Assembly (NCBI GenBank): GCA_964434285.1
Contig: CAYSUJ010000001.1
Coordinates: 104,703-168,702, forward strand
Reading direction: 5' to 3'
Source: an uncultured Candidatus Saccharibacteria bacterium
GTDB lineage: Bacteria > Patescibacteriota > Minisyncoccia > Phycocordibacterales > UBA2100
DNA: 64,000 bases
The position numbers and the translations under genes are program-made. Positions 38,862 through 48,610 of this stretch are shown here, piece after piece (the stretch's first letter is position 1; every line of letters begins with the position of its first letter). The notes beneath the pieces were generated by a model. It did not search any database and was not told the DNA's origin. It saw nothing but the letters and a program-made list of their open reading frames with translations.

Positions 38862-40709
38862 CTAAGAGTTTTGAGTACCTTCTTCGGGCGGTTTCTGCTC
38901 AGAGGTTGATTGTTTCTGCATCGCTTCTCCGATAGCACTCATCGCACTTGAGACCGCCTCTGAAGCTGAACTGATAGTAGTAACATCTGTTCCAGTGCGC
39001 GCATTTTTGAGTGCATCGATTTTTTCCTGCACATTCTTGCGGATATCCTCACTCACTTTCTCTCCATGGTCTTTGAGGGCCTTTTCGGCTGCATAGACCG
39101 TATGGTCCGCAGCATTTTGTGCCTCGATAAGTTCGCGCTTCTGTTTGTCGCTCTCGGCGTTAGCCTCTGCTTCTGCGCGCATCTTTTCAATATCAGTGTC
39201 AGTAAGCCCTGAACGCTGCTCAATGCGTATGGACTGCTCTTTTCCGCTCGTCTTATCTTTTGCTTTCACCGAGAGGATTCCGTTCGCATCGATGTCGAAG
39301 GTAACCTCAACCTGCGGTGTACCGCGCGGAGCCGGTGGAATGCCATCGAGATTAAACTTTCCGAGCGATTTATTATCCGCAGCCATCGGGCGTTCACCCT
39401 GTACCACATGGATCTCTACCGACGGCTGATTGTCTGCGGCGGTGGAAAATACTTGAGATTTTGAGGTTGGAATTGTGGTATTCCGCTCGATAAGCTTGGT
39501 TGCAACGCCGCCCAAAGTCTCAATCCCGAGTGAAAGTGGAATGACGTCAAGAAGAAGCACGTCTTTCACATCGCCTTGGAGGATTCCTCCCTGAATTGCA
39601 GCACCGAGTGCTACAACTTCGTCCGGATTTACGCTCATGTTTGGCTTCTTGCCAAAGAATTTCTCCACAGCGCCCTGGATAGCAGGCATACGTGTCTGAC
39701 CACCGACAAGAATCACTTCGTTGATATCGCCGACTTTGAAGGGAGATGCCTCCATTGCGCGCTTGGTGATTTCCATTGCACGCGTGACAAACTCTTCAGT
39801 GAGCTCTTCGAGCTTCGCCCGCGAGAGTTTCAGGAGAAGGTGACGTGGGCCTGAAGCATCAGACGTGATGAAAGGAATGTTGATTTCTGTTTCCACTGCG
39901 CTTGAGAGTTCAATCTTTGCCTTTTCTGCGGCTTCATCGAGACGTTGGCGCGCGAGAGGATCCTTACGGACGTCGATACCGCTCTCTTTCAAGAATTCCT
40001 CGGCGATCCAATTGATGATCTTCTGGTCAAGATCCTTGCCCCCGAGGTGCGCGTCGCCGTCTGTTGAGCGGACCTCAATCACATCGTCCCCCACCTCAAG
40101 AACAGAAACGTCGAAGGTACCGCCGCCGAAGTCGAACACTGCGATTTTCTCGTTTTTCTTCTTATTAAATCCGTAGGCAAGCGCTGCTGCTGTCGGCTCG
40201 TTGATAATGCGCTTCACTTCAAGACCCGCGATCTTTCCCGCGTCTTTAGTCGCGGCGCGTTGTGCGTCGTTGAAATATGCTGGCACGGTGATAACCGCCT
40301 CAGTGATGGTTTCGCCCAAGCGCGCTTCCGCATCTCGTTTCAGTTTCTGGAGGATCATCGCGGAAATCTCCTCAGGAGAGTGCCATGAATCTCCCATCTG
40401 CACCTCGATACCGCCGTTCTGCGATTTACGCATTTCAAAAGGCACTGCAGCCTTGTCTTTCTGGACATTGGCCTCATCGAACGTGTGACCAATGAAGCGC
40501 TTTATCTGATAAATCGTGTTCTTGGGGTTCGTGACCGCCTGGCGCTTAGCGAGGAGACCGACGGAGCGTTCGTTGGTTTTAGAGAGTGCGACGATAGAAG
40601 GAGTGGTGCGTGCGCCTTCTGCGTTCTCAAGGATGACGGGTTCACCGCCTTGCACCACAGCCATGGCCGAATTAGTAGTTCCGAGATCAATTCCGAGTAT
40701 TTTTGCCAT
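38862..40709 (-). CDS. dnaK: Chaperone DnaK
   Basis: [25 protein letters not shown]; start at MAKILG. Confidence 0.98.
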   Translation of the reverse strand: MAKILGIDLGTTNSAMAVVQGGEPVILENAEGARTTPSIVALSKTNERSVGLLAKRQAVTNPKNTIYQIKRFIGHTFDEANVQKDKAAVPFEMRKSQNGGIEVQMGDSWHSPEEISAMILQKLKRDAEARLGETITEAVITVPAYFNDAQRAATKDAGKIAGLEVKRIINEPTAAALAYGFNKKKNEKIAVFDFGGGTFDVSVLEVGDDVIEVRSTDGDAHLGGKDLDQKIINWIAEEFLKESGIDVRKDPLARQRLDEAAEKAKIELSSAVETEINIPFITSDASGPRHLLLKLSRAKLEELTEEFVTRAMEITKRAMEASPFKVGDINEVILVGGQTRMPAIQGAVEKFFGKKPNMSVNPDEVVALGAAIQGGILQGDVKDVLLLDVIPLSLGIETLGGVATKLIERNTTIPTSKSQVFSTAADNQPSVEIHVVQGERPMAADNKSLGKFNLDGIPPAPRGTPQVEVTFDIDANGILSVKAKDKTSGKEQSIRIEQRSGLTDTDIEKMRAEAEANAESDKQKRELIEAQNAADHTVYAAEKALKDHGEKVSEDIRKNVQEKIDALKNARTGTDVTTISSASEAVSSAMSAIGEAMQKQSTSEQKPPEEGTQNS

Positions 40710-40760
40710 ACTTTTCCATTTTACGAGTAATTTTTTGCTAATTATATTCCCGTCTTTGAT

Positions 40761-40785
40761 TTTGGCAAGGTCTGACCTTGCCAAA
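40761..40785. repeat. REP-like palindrome downstream of the transposase
   Basis: TTTGGCAAGGTC-T-GACCTTGCCAAA. Confidence 0.85.
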
Positions 40786-40793
40786 CCGCTATC

Positions 40794-41519
40794 TCACCCC
40801 AGCCAAAGCTCTTTAGAGAGCTTTTTTTCAAGACTACCCTCCGCAACTTCCTGCGCAAACTCTCGAAATCCCTGACGATCACCAAAAATTTCTCGAAGAA
40901 GATCGCTATCAAGGAGTCCGGAGGCCCGCGCACCTGTGTACGAGCCAAGACTTGAAAAAGGATCTTGAAGTGCCCAGTCAAACGCATTATCAAACTCATT
41001 CATCGCCTTACGATAACCACCTGGGTATCGTTCCAGCGGGTTCTTGACTTGAATATACGCCGCAAGATATTCAAGATATTCATCTGAATCCACGGTGCGC
41101 GATCGATATGCGCCCTGAAAGATGGTGCCGCGCTCATTGTATTTCGTATTGAAGTACATAGACATGCTTGTGCAAAGTTTTTGCATAAATTTGCTGACAC
41201 CCCCTTCGCGAGTCTCTTGCACCAGCAGATGAAAATGGTTATCCATAAGGCAATACGCAAGTATGGCGGTATAAGGCTTTTGTTCCCCCCAAGAATCCGG
41301 GCGCTTAAAACCCTCTCTTATATGCTGGGGGGTAATATCTCGGTCCCAATGTTGAGGAGCGTTTTCGTCGTTCAGATAACGTAAGAGACGTAGAAAGCGC
41401 CATTTATCGGATTCATCACGAACGATGTTCATACCTCGCGCACCGCGCTTAACGATGTGTACATATGAACCCACGGTAAATGGCTCCTTCCTCATTTGAC
41501 GCATATTATCTCCTTTCAT
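40794..41519 (-). mobile_element. REP-associated tyrosine transposase (RAYT / Y1 HUH family)
   Basis: 'YVHIVKRG', 'AYCLMDNHFHLLV' (HUH), 'FQGAYRS', 'YIQVKNP'; flanked by matching palindromes. Confidence 0.88.
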
Positions 41520-41523
41520 GTGC

Positions 41524-41546
41524 TTGGCAAGGTCAGACCTTGCCAA
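41524..41546. repeat. REP-like palindrome upstream of the transposase
   Basis: TTGGCAAGGTC-A-GACCTTGCCAA, inverted copy of 40761-40785. Confidence 0.85.
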
Positions 41547-41548
41547 AA

Positions 41549-41627
41549 CGATCGACCAGATCGACCAGACCAGACCAAATCAGATGGACCGAACCAACTG
41601 CAACTTGATCAACCGGATCGACCAAAA
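41549..41627. repeat. Degenerate (GATC)GACCA repeat tract
   Basis: gatcgacca gatcgacca gacca gacca ... gatggaccg aacca ... gatcaaccg gatcgacca. Confidence 0.6.
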
Positions 41628-42158
41628 CTACGCACCAACGACGACTTGTGCTGGGCGGAGTATGCGGTTACCCGAGCAATATCCGCGGCGGATGATACGT
41701 ACGATCACGCCCGCCTCCCCTTCTGCTTCTTGTATAGCCTCGTGAATGTTCGCATCAAACACCTCTCCGCTTTTGCCGAATGCTGAAATGCCGTGAGATT
41801 CGAGGACTGAGAGGAGTTGTGCATGAATGCCCTCCACTCCAGAACGCCACACTGGGTCAACCGTGCCCCAAGCTTCTCCCTGCATTGCCATATCAAAACT
41901 GTCGAGCGCAGGGATGAGTTCTTCTACGAACGATTCCTTACCAAATGCGCGCGCGCGAATAAGCGCATCAGTCAATTCTTTTTTCGCGTTCACTGTGTCA
42001 GCTTTACAGCGCTGCCAGCCATCCAAGTATTCATCTCGTTCTCTTTTAATCACCGAGAGTTCGTCGCGAAGTTTCGAAAGTTTTGCTTTTGCAGAGCCAA
42101 TATCCCCGAATTCATCTTCGGGTTCGAAATCGAATTCCACATCGGGGACGGCACACAT
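41628..42158 (-). CDS. grpE: Nucleotide exchange factor GrpE
   Basis: 'WQRCKAD..N', 'FDANIHEA', 'RGY...ILRPAQVVV'. Confidence 0.92.
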   Translation of the reverse strand: MCAVPDVEFDFEPEDEFGDIGSAKAKLSKLRDELSVIKRERDEYLDGWQRCKADTVNAKKELTDALIRARAFGKESFVEELIPALDSFDMAMQGEAWGTVDPVWRSGVEGIHAQLLSVLESHGISAFGKSGEVFDANIHEAIQEAEGEAGVIVRIIRRGYCSGNRILRPAQVVVGA

Positions 42159-42177
42159 ACGGAGCGAGTATAGCACT

Positions 42178-42210
42178 AAAACAAAAACCCCCGAAAGGGG
42201 GTCTTGTTTT
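42178..42210 (-). terminator. Terminator after rpsI
   Basis: AAACAAAAACCCCC-gaaa-GGGGGTCTTGTTTT. Confidence 0.7.
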
Positions 42211-42602
42211 TAGCGCTTGCTCCACTGGGGTGCGCGACGTGCCGCTTTGAGGCCGAACTTCTTGCGCTCTTTTGCGCGCGGATCGCGCTTCAAGTAGCCT
42301 TGGACCTTTAAATCCTTGCGGTAGGCGGATTCCATCTCAATAAGTGCGCGAGAAATCCCATGACGAACCGCTTCAGCTTGTGCCTTAAGTCCACCACCCT
42401 TCACAATTGCGGTAACCGTATATGCGCCGCCAATCGTCTTGAACGGAGCGTGGATAGTTTCGTTCATGATGGAGACGGGGAAGTAGTCGGATGCATTACG
42501 ATCATTCACGGTGATCGAGGTAGATTTTGCGGTTGCAAGACGAACGCGTGCGGATGCGGTTTTGCGGCGACCAACTGCCTCGATGTATTTCTTTTCTGCC
42601 AT
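42210..42602 (-). CDS. rpsI: 30S ribosomal protein S9
   Basis: GRRKTA...[17 protein letters not shown]. Confidence 0.97.
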   Translation of the reverse strand: MAEKKYIEAVGRRKTASARVRLATAKSTSITVNDRNASDYFPVSIMNETIHAPFKTIGGAYTVTAIVKGGGLKAQAEAVRHGISRALIEMESAYRKDLKVQGYLKRDPRAKERKKFGLKAARRAPQWSKR

Positions 42603-42608
42603 ATAAAT

Positions 42609-42962
42609 TTATTCGGTTATGGAAAGACGTTTTAAGCGGCCAACTTTCATCGTGTTACGTGGAAGCATGCGCTCAACTGCCTTGCGAACAGCAGCACCCT
42701 TACCTTTTCCGCCGATAAGCGAGCCCAACGATTCTACTTTCAAGCCACCTGGGTGACCAGAATACTTGGTGTAGGTCTTCTGGAGGCGCTTCTTCTCGGT
42801 GGTGCGGATTTTACCGGCATTCGTAACAGATACGGTTACCTGAGAAGGAATGTGCGGCGTGTAATCAGCAAAGGTCTTGCCCATCAGTGCTTTTGCCGCT
42901 TCCGCAGCAACGCGGCCGATAGTCATACCTGATGCGTCGATAGTGTAGTTCTTCTGGGTCAT
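42609..42962 (-). CDS. rplM: 50S ribosomal protein L13
   Basis: IDA...GRVA...LMGK...SGHPGG...MLP. Confidence 0.93.
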   Translation of the reverse strand: MTQKNYTIDASGMTIGRVAAEAAKALMGKTFADYTPHIPSQVTVSVTNAGKIRTTEKKRLQKTYTKYSGHPGGLKVESLGSLIGGKGKGAAVRKAVERMLPRNTMKVGRLKRLSITE

Positions 42963-42966
42963 AGAA

Positions 42967-43320
42967 TTAAGAAACAAACTCGATGCGTGCCATTTCGGCA
43001 ACACGTTTACCAATGCGGCCAAGCTTTACGATGCGTGTGTACCCACCGGCGCGCGCAGCATAGCGCGGCGCGAGGGTATCATGCAACTTCTTCACCGCCT
43101 CTGGAGAACGGAGGCGTGTGGAAACGGTGCGACGTGATGCAACGGTGTTTGCCTTGCTTGCAGTGACGAGACGTTCGACAAACGGACGAATCTCCTTCGC
43201 TTTGGCGATAGTTGTGGTGATGCCTTCTTCAAGCACCAATGAGCGCGCAAGGGAGCGGATGAGTGCCTCTCGTCCTGCTTTATCCCTATTGAATGTGCGT
43301 CGTTTTTTGTGGTGCTGCAT
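42967..43320 (-). CDS. rplQ: 50S ribosomal protein L17
   Basis: ITTTIAKAKE, GGYTRI. Confidence 0.95.
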   Translation of the reverse strand: MQHHKKRRTFNRDKAGREALIRSLARSLVLEEGITTTIAKAKEIRPFVERLVTASKANTVASRRTVSTRLRSPEAVKKLHDTLAPRYAARAGGYTRIVKLGRIGKRVAEMARIEFVS

Positions 43321-43328
43321 AGGCGTGT

Positions 43329-44291
43329 TTACTGGGAACGGAGTGTAAGGCCCATATTAGAGAGTCCACGCTTGATATCCTGCAAGCCCTTTTGGCCGAG
43401 ACCCTCGATAGCAAGCAGATCATCTTCACGCTTTCGAACGAGACCGCCCACTGTGCGAATCGAGGCGTTATCAAGCGCCTGCTCGACGCGCGGTGGGAGA
43501 TTGAGTTCGGTGATACGAATTTTAAGTGTTTCTGCATCAGTTGCCTTCTCGTCACGACGAGCAGGTGCCTCCTCCTGCACTTCCTCCTCCACAACCTCTT
43601 CTTCCTTAAAGCCCACGACAGCGCGGAGTTGGTGGATCATGGTTTCGATCGATTTCTCAAGTGCCTCGCGCGGCGTCATCGTGCCGTCAGTTTCGATGAC
43701 AAGGCGGAGGCGGTTGAAATCGGTGCGATCGCCAACACGCATATTTTCGACTTCGTAGTTCACGCGGCGGATCGGGCTGAAGATGGCGTCAAGTGCGATC
43801 GTGCCAATATCAACGCGCTCTTTCTGATGCACCTCCTTTGGTACGTAACCGAGACCGCGCTCAACATTAACCTCCATCTCGAGCGTCGTCTTTCCAGTGA
43901 TCTCTGCAATCGGCTGCTCCGGATTCAGAATTTCAACCTGGCCGGGAAGCTTAAAATCTGCAGCCGTGACAGTTGCGGGACCCTTGACGGAGAGTGTAAG
44001 CGTCTGCGGCTCATCAGTTGAAAGCTTGAGACGCATGCGACGTACTTGAAGAAGAAGTGTGACCACATCCTCCTTCACACCCTCGATGGTTGAAAATTCA
44101 TGAGCTACACCAGGAATCTTGACTGATGTGATTGCAGCGCCAGGTAGTGAGGAAAGAATGATGCGACGAAGTGAATTGCCAAGCGTGTAGCCGTAACCCG
44201 GGTACAAGCCGTCAATCTCATAAGTGCCACTGCGATCCTCTTCAGAAACAACGCGGGGCTTTGAAGGAAGTGCGATGTGATAATCGAGCAT
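43329..44291 (-). CDS. rpoA: RNA polymerase alpha subunit
   Basis: GYGYTLGNSLRRIILSSLPG, DAIFSPI, alpha-CTD. Confidence 0.97.
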   Translation of the reverse strand: MLDYHIALPSKPRVVSEEDRSGTYEIDGLYPGYGYTLGNSLRRIILSSLPGAAITSVKIPGVAHEFSTIEGVKEDVVTLLLQVRRMRLKLSTDEPQTLTLSVKGPATVTAADFKLPGQVEILNPEQPIAEITGKTTLEMEVNVERGLGYVPKEVHQKERVDIGTIALDAIFSPIRRVNYEVENMRVGDRTDFNRLRLVIETDGTMTPREALEKSIETMIHQLRAVVGFKEEEVVEEEVQEEAPARRDEKATDAETLKIRITELNLPPRVEQALDNASIRTVGGLVRKREDDLLAIEGLGQKGLQDIKRGLSNMGLTLRSQ

Positions 44292-44335
44292 ATAAAAATG
44301 GGCGACCTAGTAAAGCGCTTAGAAATAATATACCA

Positions 44336-44944
44336 CTATCTGCTATAGAACTCAAATACCGCCGGATAGTCGAGGGGGATTTCTGAAGCGACGTACGTCG
44401 GCTCCCCTTCGACCTTGGCGATCATCATCGGGAAATCGACATCGAGCCACTTTGCAACAGGAATAGTGCCGTCCGGCTCTCCCATGTGCCCGAAAAGAGG
44501 GCTCGTGCGAGAACCTTCGCGAACAGTTATGGTGTCACCCTTTTTTACTGCGTACGACGGGATCGTCACGCGAGTGCCATTCACCATAAGGTGGCCGTGG
44601 GAAACCATCTGACGGGCAGCGCGACGTGTTTTAGCGAAACCAGCGCGATATGCAGCGTTATCCAGGCGCATTTCAAGTGCTTTGTGCAAACTCTCCGGCG
44701 GCTGCGCTGTTTCAAACGCTTCTGCAGCGTAGTTTGAGAGCTGACGCTCCCCGAGGCCATAGGTAAAGCGAACTTTCTGCTTCTCCAAAAGCTGGCGGCC
44801 GAAATCGGAGCGCGAACCGCCGCGACCGCGCTTTTTCATGCCTGCACGAGCTTCAGAGAGTGCAAACTTTTGTGATTGGGTCTTTTCGAAAATAGCGGCA
44901 CCAAGGCGCTTTGCAATTTTATATTTGGATTTGATTTGCAACAT
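44336..44944 (-). CDS. rpsD: 30S ribosomal protein S4
   Basis: QLLEKQK, LEMRLDN, ARQMVSHGH, EFYSR. Confidence 0.96.
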   Translation of the reverse strand: MLQIKSKYKIAKRLGAAIFEKTQSQKFALSEARAGMKKRGRGGSRSDFGRQLLEKQKVRFTYGLGERQLSNYAAEAFETAQPPESLHKALEMRLDNAAYRAGFAKTRRAARQMVSHGHLMVNGTRVTIPSYAVKKGDTITVREGSRTSPLFGHMGEPDGTIPVAKWLDVDFPMMIAKVEGEPTYVASEIPLDYPAVFEFYSR

Positions 44945-44952
44945 ACAGAAAA

Positions 44953-45387
44953 TTAAATGCGACGAGCTTTGCGAGGACGAGGGCCATTGTGCGGAACGGG
45001 TGTGTCGTCCGCAATGCGACTCACCTCAATTCCCTTCCCTACGAATCCGCGAAGTGCGGATTCACGTCCGGCACCAACCCCACGAATAACGACATCAACC
45101 TCTTTTACACCCATAAGAACCGCCTTGTCTCCAATGAGCTCCCCAACTTTAGCCGCAGCGAAGGGTGTTCCCTTCTTTGCCCCACTGAATCCTAGTGCAC
45201 CCGAAGATGACCATGCAGCTGCATTACCCTCCTTATCGGTGAGAAGGACCTGGGTGTTGTTATAGGTAGCGTGAATATGGAGCGTCCCCGCGAGAAGCGA
45301 GCGCTTTGAGGTGCGCGCGAGCGAGCGTGACTTGAGTCCTTGATCAACACTCCCTCCTGATTTACGAATGATTCGTTTCTTTCCCAT
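44953..45387 (-). CDS. rpsK: 30S ribosomal protein S11
   Basis: TYNNT, KKGTPFAA, DDTPVPHNG. Confidence 0.97.
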   Translation of the reverse strand: MGKKRIIRKSGGSVDQGLKSRSLARTSKRSLLAGTLHIHATYNNTQVLLTDKEGNAAAWSSSGALGFSGAKKGTPFAAAKVGELIGDKAVLMGVKEVDVVIRGVGAGRESALRGFVGKGIEVSRIADDTPVPHNGPRPRKARRI

Positions 45388-45393
45388 AGTGGT

Positions 45394-45777
45394 TTATGTT
45401 TTCTCCAGCTTACGACGGCCGGATGTCATTGTTTTGCGGACGTTGCCGCGGACAGTGCGTGAATTAGTTTTAGATGTCTGGCCTCGAACCGGAAGTTTCT
45501 TCATGTGACGAACTCCTCGATATGCCTTGATGTCTTTCAGGCGGCGGATGTTCGCAGAAATCGTGCGACGAAGCTCCCCCTCTACCGTGAAAGCCTCGAG
45601 AGCTTCGCGGAGAGCGGCTTCATCCTTTGCAGAAAGTGCCTCTGCCGTTGCGCCATGGTCAATACCTAGCTTCGTCAAGGTCTCTTTCGCGCGTGGGCGA
45701 CCGACGCCATAAATAGCAGTCAGAGCGACCTCAAGGCGCTTTTTTTCTGGAATAGTGATACCGGCGATACGAAGCAT
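45394..45777 (-). CDS. rpsM: 30S ribosomal protein S13
   Basis: RIAG, LTAIYGVG, YRGVRH, LPVRGQ. Confidence 0.96.
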   Translation of the reverse strand: MLRIAGITIPEKKRLEVALTAIYGVGRPRAKETLTKLGIDHGATAEALSAKDEAALREALEAFTVEGELRRTISANIRRLKDIKAYRGVRHMKKLPVRGQTSKTNSRTVRGNVRKTMTSGRRKLEKT

Positions 45778-45781
45778 AAAA

Positions 45782-45895
45782 TTATCCTTGGCGTTGTTTA
45801 TGACGCGGATTCTCACAGATAACCCACAAAGCACCGCGCCTTCGCACGTGCTTGCACTTCAAGCAAATCTTTTTTACAGAAGCCTTTACTTTCAT
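45782..45895 (-). CDS. rpmJ: 50S ribosomal protein L36 (not in ORF track)
   Basis: Manual translation: [37 protein letters not shown]. Confidence 0.95.
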   Translation of the reverse strand: MKVKASVKKICLKCKHVRRRGALWVICENPRHKQRQG

Positions 45896-45917
45896 GGTTA
45901 GTCGTTCAGATACGCTA

Positions 45918-46124
45918 CTAGAAGCGTCGCGTGATGCGAGCTCGCCCGCCATAGGGATCAAGTTGGAGAGAAACTTTATCTCCGACTAGCACCTTGATAC
46001 GATGCAAGCGCATCTTGCCTGCAAGATACGCGAGCTGAGTATCACCCGACGGGAGTTTGACCCGGAACAGCGTATTAGGAAGCGCCTCCTCGACGACTCC
46101 TTCAACGATTTCAGGTTCCCCCAT
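45918..46124 (-). CDS. infA: Translation initiation factor IF-1
   Basis: [18 protein letters not shown]. Confidence 0.95.
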   Translation of the reverse strand: MGEPEIVEGVVEEALPNTLFRVKLPSGDTQLAYLAGKMRLHRIKVLVGDKVSLQLDPYGGRARITRRF

Positions 46125-46168
46125 ATCTGCGCTTCGTATATTATCAGTCCTAACTGCTTACGTCAATA

Positions 46169-47482
46169 TCAGAAAGGTTTCGGCGGGTTTTCGACCAAGA
46201 CAGTGATATCGGAGGGGTTTGAGGGAAATGTTGAGCGCCAAAATGGGACGAGCAGAGCATGCGCCTCTTCTACAGAAGGGTAGGCGCCCACTATTGCCTG
46301 AAATGCACTCTCATCCTTTGCAGCAAGCGCAGTTGCTAGCCCTAATGAATCAATTTGCCAAACAAGCTGTGCGACTCCAGAGAGCGAGAAAGAGATTGAC
46401 TCTACACCGTAAGACTCAAACGTGCTATTCGATGTTAGAGATGCACTTGCTGAATCAGAAAAGAAAATTGTAATGTCATTATTCTCGGCACTTGCACTCA
46501 CTGCTTCACCGACCGCTTTTGCGAATAAAGCACTTTTAAAGACGGGTATGCGAACACGTACTCGCTCGCCCACTCTCACCCCTCCCGATTCCTTTTGTGG
46601 CAAAAGATCCTCATACGATAGCTTGGCAAGATCAGTAAAAAGGGTCGCACCTTCCGGTGCTTCAATGGCACGAACTTTTTCCCCCAAGCGAGCGCGCACT
46701 TCCGTCCGAGCAGCTTCGAGGGAAGCCCGTGGCACAGAAGGACGCTCTCCGGAAAAGCCTCCAGTGAATTTATCCTGCGACGTAGCATACACTCCAGCAA
46801 ACATATCGGGCGTCCCCTTAAGGCCGGGCAAGGTCATTTTTGCGTATGGACCGACATTGTAATCAGATCCAGCTTGATCGGCGAAAATTTCAGCCTGTAT
46901 ACTCCCGGGCGTGACGCCAATTTTTCCAGGCACTTCTATAGAATTCTGAATGCGAAAGATTTTCCCGTCTGGCGACTCAAATCGGGTATTCTTTATGAGT
47001 CGAATGGAATCTTCGGAATAGGCGTTAAATACAGTGATGGTACCCTTTGCCAGCTCCTCAGAAAATTCGACGCCACTTGCTGGGACTACAACGGTTTCTT
47101 CAAAAGTTTCTTCGATAAGGCTGTATGTAAGTCCTGTCGTCGTACCAGCAGGAAATGCCGTAAAAGAAGTAGAAGCGTCAAATGGAACAGTTTGCGTGTG
47201 AGGCACGATCGTAACCTTTGTCTCAGGTATAAAAAGCATGGCCACCAAGCTTCCAAGAACAAACAGTGAAATCAACGCAGTGATCCACACACGACCGGGC
47301 CGCTTCCTACTCGTCCCCGTATCTGATACGGGTGGTCGAACGGGGTTTGGGCGCGCCATTCTGACTCGAGCCTCTGAAGGTTCAATGTGACGAATTGAGC
47401 GCTCAGGAGGTATACGCGGCTCTTCGCCACTGCGTGTGTCTATATCATGCCTATACGTCTTCATAGTGTCAGTGTACATCAC
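46169..47482 (-). CDS. Membrane-anchored hypothetical protein (baseplate-J-like beta domain)
   Basis: Single TM; 'AKGTITVFN...L..NTRF...ADQAG..YN...FTGG' pattern; start uncertain. Confidence 0.6.
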   Translation of the reverse strand: MMYTDTMKTYRHDIDTRSGEEPRIPPERSIRHIEPSEARVRMARPNPVRPPVSDTGTSRKRPGRVWITALISLFVLGSLVAMLFIPETKVTIVPHTQTVPFDASTSFTAFPAGTTTGLTYSLIEETFEETVVVPASGVEFSEELAKGTITVFNAYSEDSIRLIKNTRFESPDGKIFRIQNSIEVPGKIGVTPGSIQAEIFADQAGSDYNVGPYAKMTLPGLKGTPDMFAGVYATSQDKFTGGFSGERPSVPRASLEAARTEVRARLGEKVRAIEAPEGATLFTDLAKLSYEDLLPQKESGGVRVGERVRVRIPVFKSALFAKAVGEAVSASAENNDITIFFSDSASASLTSNSTFESYGVESISFSLSGVAQLVWQIDSLGLATALAAKDESAFQAIVGAYPSVEEAHALLVPFWRSTFPSNPSDITVLVENPPKPF

Positions 47483-47490
47483 ATTTCCAC

Positions 47491-48591
47491 CTATTCCTCA
47501 AACATATTCACAGCCGCGGCAGTCGTCGCAATCATTGCATCTCTCACAGTACCCGCCTCAAATGAAGCGAGACTATCGATATCTGTCTGCTGCATAGTTT
47601 GTACTGAGAAGGGTTGCGTCGTTGTCGTAAACTGCGAAAAATCAATTCGCGAGAAAAAGTGTGATAGCCAAGGCGTGACTTCAGTTGGGGCAAAAAGCAA
47701 CATGTCATTCGGGAGGCGCCGAGTACTCGCAAGCGTTGCAAACATGTCTCCGAATGAACGGACGAGCTCGGGTTCTGCTCGTGCAACTACATCTTTCATC
47801 GCACTGCATGTCTCTGAGGAACAAAAATCCGACTCCGCCATCCTGAAGAGCGAAAGTGTTTCTTCTGGAAGTCCGTGCGGTGCGACACGCTTGAGGATAG
47901 TAGCAACTCCATCAATTGACGTTCCATATTGCGTCTCTGTTTCGTGACGAATAACCATACATTCGCTCATACCTCGAATCGAAAGAACAACAAAGCGATT
48001 GAGATGCGGCATGCGCTCGTGGGCGACGGTCAAGAAAATACGAGCACCCGTATGAAATTGGACTCGACGACCGGGAAAATAGCTCCCAATTGAGTGCTCG
48101 GAAGCGGTGCGGAAAAGCTGCAGGACACTGCCTCCAAATACTATGGTTTCGAGTGTACATGCGCGCTTTCCGAGAGGACGTTCGGTTGGATAGCCATTTA
48201 GAAATACGCGGACAACGCCTGCCTCTGCGTCCTTTTCTTGAAGTTTTTCGAGTGCCGAGCGCGCAACCTCATCAATGAGCGCTTTGGTGATCGTTCGTTC
48301 CTTTTCAAACATCACGCTCCCCGAAGCGGTTCCAAAGCGACTCCATGGTTCATGAACGACAACATGAATACTTTCGGGTGCAAAGCGGTTGGCGGTATCC
48401 TTGAGAAGGGTATCGATGGTACTTACTACGGCTATTCTTATTTGTTCATCACTCCGCTCTTCAAGGGGCAGCAATGCTCGTTTCGCATAAAGGATGTGCG
48501 GTTTATCTTTGACTGCGCGCGCATAGCAAACGGTGGCGCCATCGCTTGCAGCGCTAACAATACACACCACCTTTCCCTTGGGGTGGAACAT
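47491..48591 (-). CDS. Hypothetical protein, possibly degenerate FtsA/actin-like fold
   Basis: 'LNGYPT..P.GK' motif; paired with the baseplate-J-like gene. Confidence 0.5.
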   Translation of the reverse strand: MFHPKGKVVCIVSAASDGATVCYARAVKDKPHILYAKRALLPLEERSDEQIRIAVVSTIDTLLKDTANRFAPESIHVVVHEPWSRFGTASGSVMFEKERTITKALIDEVARSALEKLQEKDAEAGVVRVFLNGYPTERPLGKRACTLETIVFGGSVLQLFRTASEHSIGSYFPGRRVQFHTGARIFLTVAHERMPHLNRFVVLSIRGMSECMVIRHETETQYGTSIDGVATILKRVAPHGLPEETLSLFRMAESDFCSSETCSAMKDVVARAEPELVRSFGDMFATLASTRRLPNDMLLFAPTEVTPWLSHFFSRIDFSQFTTTTQPFSVQTMQQTDIDSLASFEAGTVRDAMIATTAAAVNMFEE

Positions 48592-48610
48592 TCATGTAAG
48601 TATACCCTAC

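Noticed and set aside
40710-40784. N-terminal extension MARSDLAK on DnaK (and on the transposase at 41546)
   Set aside because: Both arise from reading through the same REP palindrome; real starts are downstream.
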